A DNA stretch of 64,000 nt from Oscillospiraceae bacterium (lineage in GTDB: Bacteria > Bacillota > Clostridia > Oscillospirales > Oscillospiraceae): NCBI GenBank assembly GCA_902787755.1, contig CADAHL010000005.1, positions 19,524-83,523 of the forward strand, written 5' to 3'. The notes under the pieces are model-generated. The model made no database searches. It saw nothing but the letters and a program-made list of their open reading frames with translations, and had not been told where the DNA came from. Position 1 is the stretch's first letter, and every line of letters starts with the position of its first letter. This document shows positions 23,634-32,585 of the stretch, in pieces. Position numbers and translations under genes: made by a program.

Positions 23634-24416
23634 ATGGATGTAAGCAAGATCCTGGCGGAGATGCAAAAGGCCATGCGACGGGCGGGGGAGCGGATCCTTC
23701 AGGCCCACGACGTGCTGGCGGAGGCCAAGACCGATCGGCGCAATGTGGTCACCGAGTACGACCGGGCGGTGCAGGAGCTGCTGATCCGGCTGCTGGGGGA
23801 GGCCGTGCCCGGCGCGCGGTTTTTCTGCGAGGAAAACGACCGGCACGACGACCTGGGGGCTGAGGACCTGTTTATCATCGACCCCATCGACGGCACCATG
23901 AACTTTGTCCACGGCTTCCACCACAGCTGCGTGTCTGTGGCTTACAGCCGCCGGGGCCGCATCGAGGCCGGCGCGGTGTACAACCCCTATGTGAACGAGA
24001 TGTTCACCGCCATCCGGGGCGGCGGCGCCTTCCTGAACGGCCGTCCCATCCATGTCACCGACGCGCCGCTGAGCGAGACGGTGATCTGCTTCGGCTCCGC
24101 GCCCTACAACCCGGAGCTGACCGGCGAGACCTTCCGCCTGGCTCAGCGGGCCTATGAGACGGGCCTGGACGTGCGCCGGGAGGGCTCCGCGGCCCTGGAT
24201 CTGTGCAGCGTGGCCGCGGGCCGGGCGGGGATCTATTTCGAGCTGCGGCTGTCCCTGTGGGACTACGCGGCCGGGAGCCTGATCGTGGAGGAGGCCGGCG
24301 GCCGCTGCCTGCGGGTGGACGGCTCAGCCCTGCCCTTCGACGCCGGTCGCCCCTCGGTGCTGGCCGGCTCGAAGTCCTGCGTGGAGGCCTTCCTGGAGCT
24401 GGCCGGGAAGAGCTGA
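23634..24416 (+). CDS. Inositol monophosphatase (SuhB/IMPase) family protein
   Basis: FIIDPIDGTMNFVHG and WDYAAG motifs. Confidence 0.9.
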   Translation: MDVSKILAEMQKAMRRAGERILQAHDVLAEAKTDRRNVVTEYDRAVQELLIRLLGEAVPGARFFCEENDRHDDLGAEDLFIIDPIDGTMNFVHGFHHSCVSVAYSRRGRIEAGAVYNPYVNEMFTAIRGGGAFLNGRPIHVTDAPLSETVICFGSAPYNPELTGETFRLAQRAYETGLDVRREGSAALDLCSVAAGRAGIYFELRLSLWDYAAGSLIVEEAGGRCLRVDGSALPFDAGRPSVLAGSKSCVEAFLELAGKS

Positions 24417-24437
24417 GCCCGGCCCTTGCGCTTCCTT

Positions 24438-24719
24438 TTACTCGAAAAACCTCTTCTGGGGTCGCTTCCGCCGGGGCAGCTCCTGCTTGGGATCAATGAG
24501 GATGATATCCTGCCCGATCCGGGCGATGCAGTCCCAGGGCAGCACGTAGTCGTCCTCCCGGCCCAGCAGGCCGAACCATTTGGCCCGGCCTGGGGTGATC
24601 AGGGAGAGGATGCGCCCCTCGGTCTGGTCGTATTCGGCGTCGCATACATAGCCCAGGCGAAAGCCGGAGCGGACGTCGATGACCTCCTTGTATCGGAGAT
24701 CGGAGAAAAAGCTGATCAT
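24438..24719 (-). CDS. ylmC: YlmC/YmxH family sporulation protein (PRC-barrel)
   Basis: ORF trimmed to ATG 24719. Sequence: MISFFSDLRYKEVIDVRSGFRLGYVCDAEYDQTEGRILSLI. Confidence 0.82.
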   Translation of the reverse strand: MISFFSDLRYKEVIDVRSGFRLGYVCDAEYDQTEGRILSLITPGRAKWFGLLGREDDYVLPWDCIARIGQDIILIDPKQELPRRKRPQKRFFE

Positions 24720-24721
24720 GG

Positions 24722-24764
24722 AAAAACCCCCTTCATGTCCTGTCAACAGGATATGAAGGGGTTT
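24722..24764 (-). terminator. Rho-independent terminator after the noc-like gene, abutting the ylmC start
   Basis: The minus strand reads CCCCTTCATATCCTG-TTGA-CAGGACATGAAGGGG followed by GTTTTTCC and then the ylmC ATG. Confidence 0.7.
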
Positions 24765-24840
24765 CTGTGTTTATGTGGGTTTTCGCGGCGCTTTTTCTCC
24801 CGCCTTTCACTGCCCCTCTTCCGCGGACCGCCGCACAGCC

Positions 24841-24915
24841 GACGGATCACCATTCACGCCGCGAAGCGGCATACCATAACTCTTCCCTTTTCATTCTTCG
24901 CTCTTCGCTTTTCCT
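24841..24915. repeat. Heptad-armed element, right-half copy D
   Basis: GACGGATCACCATTCACGCCGCGAAGCGGCATACCATAACTCTTCCCTTTTCATTCTTCGCTCTTCGCTTTTCC aligns with the right half of copy B. It overlaps the last codons and the stop of the noc-like gene. Confidence 0.7.
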
Positions 24916-25724
24916 TTGGGAATGGAGATGGTCAGGATCAGAGAGTCCTCGGTCTCCTCCTTTGTAAAGCCCGCGTCGATGCCGCCCTGCTTCATCAGAT
25001 CGATGTTCCGGGTCAGGCTGTTGAGAAAGATGCGCACGTCCTTCAGGACCAGGCTGCGCCGGGGCTCCCGCTTCTCCTCCGGGGCCTCCCCGGGCGGGCT
25101 GAGAAGGGTATCCACGTAGCTCTCCGTGGCCGCGACCGTCAGATCGTTTTCCAGCACGTACGCCAGGGCCAGCTTCTGGGCGGCCGCATCCGGCAGCCGC
25201 AGCAGGGCCCGGCCGTGGCGCTCGCTGAGACCGTGCTCCCGCAGGGATTCCAGCACCTCCCGGGGCAGCTTCAGCAGCCGCAGCTTGTTGGCCACGGCGG
25301 ACTGGGACTTGCCGATCCGCCGGGCCGCCTCCTCCTGGCTCATGCCGAACATGCGGATGAGCCGCTGCAGACCCTCCGCCTCCTCCAGAAAATCCAGATC
25401 CTTCCGCTGGAGATTTTCGATCAGGGCCAGGAGACTGGCGTCCTCCATGTTCACGTCCACCAGGATGCAGGGCACCTCCCGCAGCCCGGCCATCCTGGCG
25501 GCCCGAAGACGCCGTTCTCCGGCTACCAGCTCGTATTTGCCGCAGCGCAGCCGGACGGTCAGCGGGTTCAGGATCCCGTAGCTCTGGATGCTCTCGCTCA
25601 GCTCCCGCAGGGCCTGCTCGTCAAAATGTTTTCGCGGCTGGACCGGATTGGGAGACAGATCCTCCACCCGCAGCGAGACGATCCCGCCCCGCCGGATGCC
25701 GGGGCGCGTGCGATAAGTCTGCAT
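24891..25724 (-). CDS. ParB/Noc-like CTP-binding DNA-binding protein (orphan, no parA neighbour)
   Basis: The N-terminal domain has the AGERRLRAA arginine patch. The HTH is SQEEAARRIGKSQSAVANKLRLL. A Noc-like C-terminus is present (VLKDVRIFLNSL..LILTISIPK). Confidence 0.85.
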   Translation of the reverse strand: MQTYRTRPGIRRGGIVSLRVEDLSPNPVQPRKHFDEQALRELSESIQSYGILNPLTVRLRCGKYELVAGERRLRAARMAGLREVPCILVDVNMEDASLLALIENLQRKDLDFLEEAEGLQRLIRMFGMSQEEAARRIGKSQSAVANKLRLLKLPREVLESLREHGLSERHGRALLRLPDAAAQKLALAYVLENDLTVAATESYVDTLLSPPGEAPEEKREPRRSLVLKDVRIFLNSLTRNIDLMKQGGIDAGFTKEETEDSLILTISIPKGKAKSEE

Positions 25725-25890
25725 ATCGAGACCTCACTTTCGTATGAATCTTCGCCCACAAGCATACTCGCCCGCCCGAAAAAACCGGAGGGAAGGCTGT
25801 CGAGCAAAAAACCGGCGGCCCGGGCTTTTTTTCGGCCCGGGAGGGGTATACTTCCCTGTGAAAAAACTGCGGACAAAGGGAGGAGAGAAG

Positions 25891-26973
25891 ATGGAGGAAC
25901 GGCTGCGCCGGGGACTGCGGCTGCTGATAAGCCTGGGAGGCTTAGTGGGCTTTCTGTGGCTGCTGATTCATTTTCTGCTGCCCTGGGGAGCCCCCTTTCT
26001 GCTGGCCTTCGCCCTGGCCGGACTGATGGAGCCGGCGGTGCGCTGGCTGGCATCCCACGGCTGGCCCAGAGGCGCGGCCGCGGGTCTGGGCACCCTGACG
26101 CTGACGGCGCTGCTGCTGCGGGGGCTGGCGGCGCTGATCGGCTGGCTGGGCTCTTTAGGCGCGGAGCTTGCCGATGAGGTTCCGGCCCTGGTCCGGGCCC
26201 TGGGCAGCTGGCTGCAGGAGCTGGAGGCCTGGGCCGAGCGGGCCGTCCGCTACGCCCCGGAGGGCAGCACCGGCCTGCTGAACGCCGTCCTGAAGTCGGC
26301 GGGCCAGGCGCTGTCCGGGATCCCGGGGAGCCTGTCCCGGGCGGCGCTGGAGGGGATGACGGGTCTTGCCCAGGCCGGGCCGGATCTGCTCCTTTTTGCC
26401 GCCACGGCCGGGATCGGGACCTATTTTCTCTCCGCCGGCTTTCCCCGGGTCCTCCGCTTCCTGGGCGCGCAGCTGCCGGAGAGGACCCGGGAAAAGCTCC
26501 GGGAGCTGTGGCAGGATCTGCGTCTGAGCTTCGGAGGCTTCCTGCGGGCCCAGCTGATCCTGATGGCCATGACCTTCTTCGAGCTGCTGCTGGCGTTTCT
26601 TCTGCTGGGCGTCAGGGGGGCCGCCGGGCTGGCGGCGGTCACCGCCCTGGTGGACGCCCTGCCGGTGTTCGGAACGGGTACGGTGCTGCTGCCCTGGGCG
26701 CTGGCGGCGGCCCTGCTGGGGCAGTCCGGCCTGGGTCTGGGCCTGGTGATCACCTGGCTGGTGGTGAACCTGGTGCGCTCCTGCGTGCAGGCCAAGCTCC
26801 TGGGGGACCAAATCGGTCTGGATCCCCTGGCCTCCCTGCTGGCCATCTATGTGGGCTGGCGGGCCATGGGCGTCTGGGGGATGCTGCTGTTCCCGCTGCT
26901 GCTGGTGACCCTGGACCAGCTCAACGAAAAGGGGTTGCTGCGGCTTTGGAAGAACGAAGGGAAGGGGGCGTGA
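25891..26973 (+). CDS. AI-2E family transporter / YtvI-like sporulation membrane protein
   Basis: ORF 25744..26973 trimmed to ATG 25891 (GGGAGGAGAG upstream). It has a multi-TM profile, and the C-terminal half is typical of the family (ALVDALPVFGTGTVLLPW). Confidence 0.85.
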   Translation: MEERLRRGLRLLISLGGLVGFLWLLIHFLLPWGAPFLLAFALAGLMEPAVRWLASHGWPRGAAAGLGTLTLTALLLRGLAALIGWLGSLGAELADEVPALVRALGSWLQELEAWAERAVRYAPEGSTGLLNAVLKSAGQALSGIPGSLSRAALEGMTGLAQAGPDLLLFAATAGIGTYFLSAGFPRVLRFLGAQLPERTREKLRELWQDLRLSFGGFLRAQLILMAMTFFELLLAFLLLGVRGAAGLAAVTALVDALPVFGTGTVLLPWALAAALLGQSGLGLGLVITWLVVNLVRSCVQAKLLGDQIGLDPLASLLAIYVGWRAMGVWGMLLFPLLLVTLDQLNEKGLLRLWKNEGKGA

Positions 26974-27013
26974 AAAATAATAGGGGAAAGGGCGAAAAAC
27001 CGGACGGTGCTTC

Positions 27014-27042
27014 TTGCAAATCCAAAAAACGGATGATATACT
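27014..27042 (+). promoter_or_regulatory. Promoter of the first LRR gene
   Basis: TTGCAA, a 17 nt spacer, then TGATATACT (extended -10), in an AT-rich gap. Confidence 0.55.
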
Positions 27043-27108
27043 CAGAAAGAGTTAAAGAATTATTCATAACTGGGATTGTATCCATTTCGGGATTTGGGAG
27101 GCTGAGGT

Positions 27109-28956
27109 ATGGGCGCGAAACGTGTCATTACGATCATCTTGGGGCTGGTGTATACGGTTGCCCTGTTCCTGTTCGGCTTTTCGCCGCTGAGCGCGGGACG
27201 CGGAGGGGACGCCGGGACCAACGCCGGGACGGAGCGCCGTCCGGCGCTCGCTCTGGTTACGCCTACGCCCGAGCCGGAGATCCCGGACGTGAACTTTGCC
27301 GCCGGAGCGGTGCCCGCGGATACCGAAGAGCTGACCCTGGTTCTGGAGCAGGGGGAGACCCGGCTGCTGAACCGGCTGAAGGAGCTCAAGAGCGCGGATC
27401 TGAGCGGCAGCACCTGCTATGAGGAGATCGTGAGCTGGGCCCAGGCGCACCCGGAGGTGGCGGTACGCTACACGGTGCAGCTGCCCAACGGCGCTACCCT
27501 TCCCAACGACGCCCAGGAGGCGGATCTGACCGGGCTGGCGGCCGAGGACGGAGAGAAGGCGGCGGAGCTGCTGGCCTTCCTGCCCGGACTGAAGAAGGTG
27601 GAGCTGGGCGATCCCGCCATCAGCGCGGCCCAGATCCTGGCCCTGCGGGAGAGCTACCCCGAGGTGGAGTTCCACTATGACGTGATGCTTCTGGGCCAGA
27701 AGCTGGATCCCCAGGTGGAGGAGCTGGACCTGACGGAGCTGAGCCCGGAGGAGGCCGACAAGGCGGTGCTGGCCCTGGCGGGGCTGGAAAATCTGCAGAC
27801 CATCTATCTGTCTCCCGATTCCGGACTGAGCTGGGATCAGATCACCGCCATCGGTGACGCCTGCCCCGACACGGTGCTGAATATGCCGGTGACCATGTTC
27901 GGCAAGAGCTTCAACCTGGCCGATCCCTGGCTGGACTTCAACCACATTTACATGGACGACAACGGCGAGGCCATCCGGGGCCTGATGCCCTATATGCGCA
28001 ACTGCACGGTCCTGGATATGGACTCCTGCGGTGTCAGCAATGAGGCCATGGCCCAGATCCGGGATGAAAATCCGGGGATGGACGTGGTCTGGCGCGTGAA
28101 CTTCGGCGACAACTACTCCGTGCGCACCAATGTGACCAAGATCCTGGCCTCCAAGCCCTCCAAGGGCGGCGCCCTGTATGACAGCGCGGCCGAACAGCTC
28201 AAGTACTGCACCAACGTGCGCTATCTGGACGTGGGCCACAACGGCAACCTCTCCGACTTCAGCTTCGTCAGCTATATGCCCAACCTGGAGATCGCTGTGG
28301 TCTCCATGACCGGCATCTACGATCTGTCTCCCTTTGCCAACTGCCCGAACCTGCTGTACCTGGAGGCGGGCAACACGCCCATCTACGATCTGAGCCCTCT
28401 GGCCAACTGCACGAAGCTGGCCCACCTGAACGTTGGCACCTGCGTGGGCGTCAGCGACATCAGCCCCCTGTACGAGCTGGATATGAAGCGGCTCTGGCTG
28501 GGCGTGGTGGACCCGGTGCCTCAGGACCAGATCGACTATATGCGCGAGCTTCATCCCAGCTGTGAGGTCAACACCACCGTGCCCTCCGGTCTGGAGCGCA
28601 ACGCCGACGGCGGCGCCGCCAACGAGGGCTACGTCATGGGCGACTGGAAGAGCTACCAGAACTACCTGACCGCCGACTGGGAGTCCTACGCCCGGACCGG
28701 TTCCTTCCCGGCCCAGCGTCCCATCGGCTACTTCAAGGTGATCTACAAGTGCTTTGACTACAACCTGGCCGACGGCGCCTACGCCTTCTCCTGGAACGAT
28801 CCCAAGTACAGCGCCCACAGCCCGGACGTGTTCCCGGTGAACACCGCCATCCACAATACCGAGCTTCTGAGTCAGGACTGGGTCAACCCCGAGTCCGTGA
28901 TCCCCGAGCTGCTCTCCGATCCCCCCGGAGAGGTGCTGTGGACCATCGAATACTGA
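27109..28956 (+). CDS. Membrane-anchored leucine-rich-repeat (LRR) surface protein
   Basis: 615 aa with an N-terminal TM segment. LRR-like units recur (LxxLxLxxN.I.DLSPL), e.g. CPNLLYLEAGNTPIYDLSPLANCTKLAHLNVG. It is a paralog of the next gene. Confidence 0.8.
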   Translation: MGAKRVITIILGLVYTVALFLFGFSPLSAGRGGDAGTNAGTERRPALALVTPTPEPEIPDVNFAAGAVPADTEELTLVLEQGETRLLNRLKELKSADLSGSTCYEEIVSWAQAHPEVAVRYTVQLPNGATLPNDAQEADLTGLAAEDGEKAAELLAFLPGLKKVELGDPAISAAQILALRESYPEVEFHYDVMLLGQKLDPQVEELDLTELSPEEADKAVLALAGLENLQTIYLSPDSGLSWDQITAIGDACPDTVLNMPVTMFGKSFNLADPWLDFNHIYMDDNGEAIRGLMPYMRNCTVLDMDSCGVSNEAMAQIRDENPGMDVVWRVNFGDNYSVRTNVTKILASKPSKGGALYDSAAEQLKYCTNVRYLDVGHNGNLSDFSFVSYMPNLEIAVVSMTGIYDLSPFANCPNLLYLEAGNTPIYDLSPLANCTKLAHLNVGTCVGVSDISPLYELDMKRLWLGVVDPVPQDQIDYMRELHPSCEVNTTVPSGLERNADGGAANEGYVMGDWKSYQNYLTADWESYARTGSFPAQRPIGYFKVIYKCFDYNLADGAYAFSWNDPKYSAHSPDVFPVNTAIHNTELLSQDWVNPESVIPELLSDPPGEVLWTIEY

Positions 28957-28981
28957 TTTGCGACGTTACGACAACCATCAG

Positions 28982-29018
28982 CCCTCGTCCCGCCCAACGG
29001 CCGGGGCGAGGGACTTTT
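28982..29018 (+). terminator. Terminator-like hairpin between the two LRR paralogs
   Basis: CCCTCGTCCCG ... CGGGGCGAGGG pairs at 10 of 11 positions and is followed by ACTTTTAT. Confidence 0.55.
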
Positions 29019-29037
29019 ATCCCGGGAGGGAGTTTTT

Positions 29038-30795
29038 ATGCGCATGAAGATCCTGAAACTGCTGCCGACTCTGCTGCTGGCTCTGCTGCTGGCCGGCTGC
29101 GGCATGAGCGGCCTGGAGGGCGAAGCGGCGCCGGAGCCTACCCCGGAGCCCAAGGAGTTCAGCGGTGTGATCACCGCTCAGGGCCTGAAGAAGCTGGAGG
29201 AGATGCCGGGCCTGCGCACGGCGGATCTGAGCGGCAGCACCTGTTATGCCGAGATGATGGCCTGGGCCGCGGAGCATCCGGAGGTCAAGGTCATCTATAC
29301 CGTTCCCCTGCCCGACGGGACCGCGGTGCCCAACGATACCGAGGGCCTGGATCTGAGCGGCTACAGCGCCGCTCAGATGAAGGATACCTGGCAGCTGCTG
29401 GGCTATCTGCCCCGGCTGCGGCTGCTGCGCCTGGGGGAGGAACCCCTGGAGCCCGAGACCCTGGCCCTGCTGCGCGAAAGCCTGCCGGAGGCGGAACTTC
29501 AGGGCAGCGTCCGCTTTGCCGATCAGAAGCTCACCCTGGGGCGGTCGGGCCTGAGCCTGCCCAATCTGGACGGGGAGCAGCTGCGGGAACTGACAGAGCT
29601 TCTGCCGCTGATGGACGGCCTGGAGGAAGTGAACCTGGGCCGGGAGGCGGCGGAGGGCGATACGGACTGGGAGGCCATGGGGGAGCTTTGCTCCGCGCTG
29701 CCGGACCTGAAGATCCATTATGTCTTCAGCGTGTACGGCAAGGAGTGCAGCCTGGAGGACACGGATCTGGACCTGAGCTTTATCCGGATCTATGACGAGG
29801 GCCAGGCCCTGCGGCCGATCCTGCCCTGCATGAGAGACTTGAAGACCCTGGATATGGAGCACTGCGAGGTCAGCGACGACGCTATGGGCGCTCTGCGGGA
29901 GGACTTCCCGGAGATCCAGATCGACTGGCGCATCTATTTCGGCACCTGCTACTCGGTGCGAACCGACGCCATCAAGATCCTGGCCTCCAAGCCCACCGTG
30001 GGCGGGGACCTGATGCGGGAGGATCTGGAGGTACTCAAGTACTGCACCAAGCTCAAATACCTGGATCTGGGCCACAATGAGATGCTGACGGACATCTCCT
30101 TCATCTCCTATATGCCCGAGCTGGAGGTGGCCATTCTGGCTATGGACAAGTGGACCGACGGCTCCCCGCTGGCCGACTGCCCCAATCTGGAGTTTCTGGA
30201 GGTCCAGACCACCAATCTGAAGGATCTGACGCCTCTGTCCGGCCTGACCAAGCTCCGGCACCTGAATATCTGCCGGCTGGAGGAGCTGACGGATCTGAGC
30301 CCCATCTACGATCTGGATCTGGAGCGGCTGTGGATCGGCTGCGTCACGCCCATCCCGCCGGAGCAGGTGGAGCACTATCAGCGCTTGCACCCCAACTGCA
30401 AGATCAATACCGAGGCCTTCGACCCCCACGACGGCTGGCGCTGGCTGGGCTATGACGACGATCTCAACCCCATCCGGGATCCCCGCTACGATCTGCTGGT
30501 GCAGCAGTTCGGCTACGACAAGGGCGACTATTCCTTTGTCTGGTTTACCGATCCCAGCTACGTCTCCGACGTGCTGTGGGAGTACGGCGGCGATTTTGAG
30601 TCCACCACGGACGACGACGGCGGCAGCTCCGGCGGCGGAGGCTACATAGACTACGGCGGCTCCGGCAGCAGCGAGGGCGGCTCCGGCGGCGGTGAAACCG
30701 GCGGAGGCGGCGGCTCGGGTGACAGCGGCGGGGGAGACTCCGGCGGCGGAGCTCCGGACCCCGGAGACGGCGGCGTGGTCGTCATCGAACCCTGA
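29038..30795 (+). CDS. LRR lipoprotein paralog with a Gly/Ser-rich C-terminal tail
   Basis: The lipobox is LLLAGC. It shares the segment ADLSGSTCY.E...WA..HPEV.V.YTV.LP.G with the previous gene. LRR units such as CPNLEFLEVQTTNLKDLTPLSGLTKLRHLNI are present. The tail reads GGSSGGGGYIDYGGSGSSEGGSGGGETGGGGGSGDSGGG. Confidence 0.8.
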   Translation: MRMKILKLLPTLLLALLLAGCGMSGLEGEAAPEPTPEPKEFSGVITAQGLKKLEEMPGLRTADLSGSTCYAEMMAWAAEHPEVKVIYTVPLPDGTAVPNDTEGLDLSGYSAAQMKDTWQLLGYLPRLRLLRLGEEPLEPETLALLRESLPEAELQGSVRFADQKLTLGRSGLSLPNLDGEQLRELTELLPLMDGLEEVNLGREAAEGDTDWEAMGELCSALPDLKIHYVFSVYGKECSLEDTDLDLSFIRIYDEGQALRPILPCMRDLKTLDMEHCEVSDDAMGALREDFPEIQIDWRIYFGTCYSVRTDAIKILASKPTVGGDLMREDLEVLKYCTKLKYLDLGHNEMLTDISFISYMPELEVAILAMDKWTDGSPLADCPNLEFLEVQTTNLKDLTPLSGLTKLRHLNICRLEELTDLSPIYDLDLERLWIGCVTPIPPEQVEHYQRLHPNCKINTEAFDPHDGWRWLGYDDDLNPIRDPRYDLLVQQFGYDKGDYSFVWFTDPSYVSDVLWEYGGDFESTTDDDGGSSGGGGYIDYGGSGSSEGGSGGGETGGGGGSGDSGGGDSGGGAPDPGDGGVVVIEP

Positions 30796-30806
30796 GGAGG
30801 AGCGGT

Positions 30807-31022
30807 ATGGAAGAGCTTCGGCCGGGAAGATACCGGCATTTCAAGGGAAAGGAATACGAATTGCTGTTTGTGGCCACCCATTCGGAGACCATGGAGCCCA
30901 TGGTGGTCTATCGGGCTCTGTACGGGCAGCGCGGCCTCTGGGTGAGACCCGCCTCCATGTGGACCGAGATCGTGGAGCGGGACGGAAAGCGGCAGCCCCG
31001 CTTCACCTACGTAGGAGACTGA
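30807..31022 (+). CDS. DUF1653 domain protein
   Basis: GRYRHFKGKEYELLFVATHSETMEPMVVYRALYG is the characteristic DUF1653 pattern. Confidence 0.8.
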   Translation: MEELRPGRYRHFKGKEYELLFVATHSETMEPMVVYRALYGQRGLWVRPASMWTEIVERDGKRQPRFTYVGD

Positions 31023-31025
31023 GCC

Positions 31026-31961
31026 ATGCTGGAAGTCTGCCTTCTGGGTACCGCCGCCGCCCAGCCCCTGCCGGATCGGGCGCTCTGCTCGGCTACGCTG
31101 CGCTGCGCGGGGCGGCGGATCCTCTTCGACTGCGGAGAAGGGACCCAGGTCTCCCTCCGCCGGGAGCATATCAGCCCGGTGAAGATCGATCTGATCGCCC
31201 TGACCCATTATCACGGAGATCACATCTTCGGCCTGCCCGGCCTGCTGCAAAGCATGGTTCTGCAGGAGAGGCGGGATCCCCTGTGGATCACGGGCCCTGA
31301 GGGACTGGAGGAGGCCATGGCGCCCGTTCTGAGCCTGGCGGGGGAGCTGAGCTTTCCCCTGAAGCTGCTGCCCCTTCCGGCGGAGGGGCTGGCACTGGCC
31401 GCTCTGCATCCCGCCTGGCCCGCCGGGGCGAGGCTCCGGGCGATTCCCACCCGGCACCGGGTGCCCAGCCAGGGCTATGTCTTTACCCTGGCCCGGCCCG
31501 GCCGCTTTGACGTGGCCGCCGCCCGGGCGCTGGGCGTGCCCCAGACCGACTGGTCCCGGCTCCAGGCCGGAAAACCGGTGTCCCTGGGCGGAGCCTGGAT
31601 CCTGCCGGAGCAGGTGATAGGCCCGGAACGGCCGGGACTGAAGCTGGTGTTCTCCGGGGACACCGCCGCCTGCCCGGCCTTGGAGGAGGCCGCGGCCGGG
31701 GCGGATCTGCTGATCCACGAGGCCACCTATGCCGACGAGGAGGAGAAGGCCGCCCTCTACGGCCACTCCACCTTTGTCCAGGCCGGGCAGCTGGCTGCCC
31801 GGGCCGGGGTAAAGCGGCTCTGGCTATGCCATTTTTCCCAGACCATCGGGGAGCCGGAGCAGGCCCTGCCCCTGGCCCAGGCCCGGTTCCCGGCGGCGGA
31901 GTGCGGCTTTGACGGTCTGTGCACGACGCTGGTTTTTCGGGATCCGACGGAAAACGACTGA
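31026..31961 (+). CDS. rnz: Ribonuclease Z (metallo-beta-lactamase fold)
   Basis: LFDCGEGTQ, the HYHGDH motif, and HEATY near the C-terminus. Confidence 0.85.
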   Translation: MLEVCLLGTAAAQPLPDRALCSATLRCAGRRILFDCGEGTQVSLRREHISPVKIDLIALTHYHGDHIFGLPGLLQSMVLQERRDPLWITGPEGLEEAMAPVLSLAGELSFPLKLLPLPAEGLALAALHPAWPAGARLRAIPTRHRVPSQGYVFTLARPGRFDVAAARALGVPQTDWSRLQAGKPVSLGGAWILPEQVIGPERPGLKLVFSGDTAACPALEEAAAGADLLIHEATYADEEEKAALYGHSTFVQAGQLAARAGVKRLWLCHFSQTIGEPEQALPLAQARFPAAECGFDGLCTTLVFRDPTEND

Positions 31962-31986
31962 ACCGGCTGCTTTTTTACACTAAAGA

Positions 31987-32015
31987 TTGACAGACCCGAT
32001 CCCCCGTGCTACGAT
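31987..32015 (+). promoter_or_regulatory. Candidate promoter of the zinc-ribbon membrane protein gene
   Basis: TTGACA, a 17 nt spacer, then TACGAT. Confidence 0.5.
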
Positions 32016-32072
32016 GAAGCTGCGCGGGGGATTTCTGTGGATTCCCGCAGCCTGAACCGGGAGAGATGCTGT

Positions 32073-32519
32073 ATGAAAATTTGTCCGAACTGCGGAACCC
32101 AGGTGGAGGACAGCGCCGGCTTCTGCACGGCCTGCGGAGCTTCCCTGATCGGGAACGTGCCGGTATCCTTTGACCCTGCGGACCATACCGCGGAGTTTGC
32201 GCCGGAGGATATCCGGGAGAACAAGCTGCTGGCCATGGCGGTCTATCTGCTCAGCGCCGTGGGCGTCATCATTGCCCTGCTGGCCGCGCCTAATTCCGCC
32301 TACGTCCGCTTCCACGTGAAGGAAGCCCTGAAGCTGATGATCTGCGAGGTCCTGGTGGGCTTGATCACCGCGGTCCTGGCCTGGACCGTGATCGTGGCCA
32401 TCCTGGGCGGCATCGCCGTGATCGTCCTGGTGGTGGTGCAGATCATCTGCTTTGTCTGGGTCTGCAAGGGCCAGGCCAAACAGGCGCCGATCCTTGACAA
32501 GATCGACTTTCTGAACTGA
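32073..32519 (+). CDS. Zinc-ribbon domain protein with a C-terminal 3-TM (DUF4870-like) domain
   Basis: ORF trimmed to ATG 32073. Sequence: MKICPNCGTQVEDSAGFCTACG. Hydrophobic segments follow. Confidence 0.75.
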   Translation: MKICPNCGTQVEDSAGFCTACGASLIGNVPVSFDPADHTAEFAPEDIRENKLLAMAVYLLSAVGVIIALLAAPNSAYVRFHVKEALKLMICEVLVGLITAVLAWTVIVAILGGIAVIVLVVVQIICFVWVCKGQAKQAPILDKIDFLN

Positions 32520-32526
32520 ATATCCG

Positions 32527-32569
32527 CATAAAAAATATCCGGAAGCGCCGCTTCCGGATATTTTTTATG
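32527..32569. terminator. Bidirectional terminator between the zinc-ribbon gene (+) and dnaJ (-)
   Basis: CATAAAAAATATCCGGAAGCG / CGCTTCCGGATATTTTTTATG is a long perfect palindrome with A and T runs on both sides. Confidence 0.85.
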
Positions 32570-32585
32570 CCATAACCGCAATGGA

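Noticed and set aside
30607-30790. GGC/GGA-rich simple-sequence tract as a possible independent repeat or contingency locus
   Set aside because: It is in frame and encodes the Gly/Ser/Asp tail of the second LRR protein. There is no homopolymeric run that would give phase variation. It is noted only in the CDS description.
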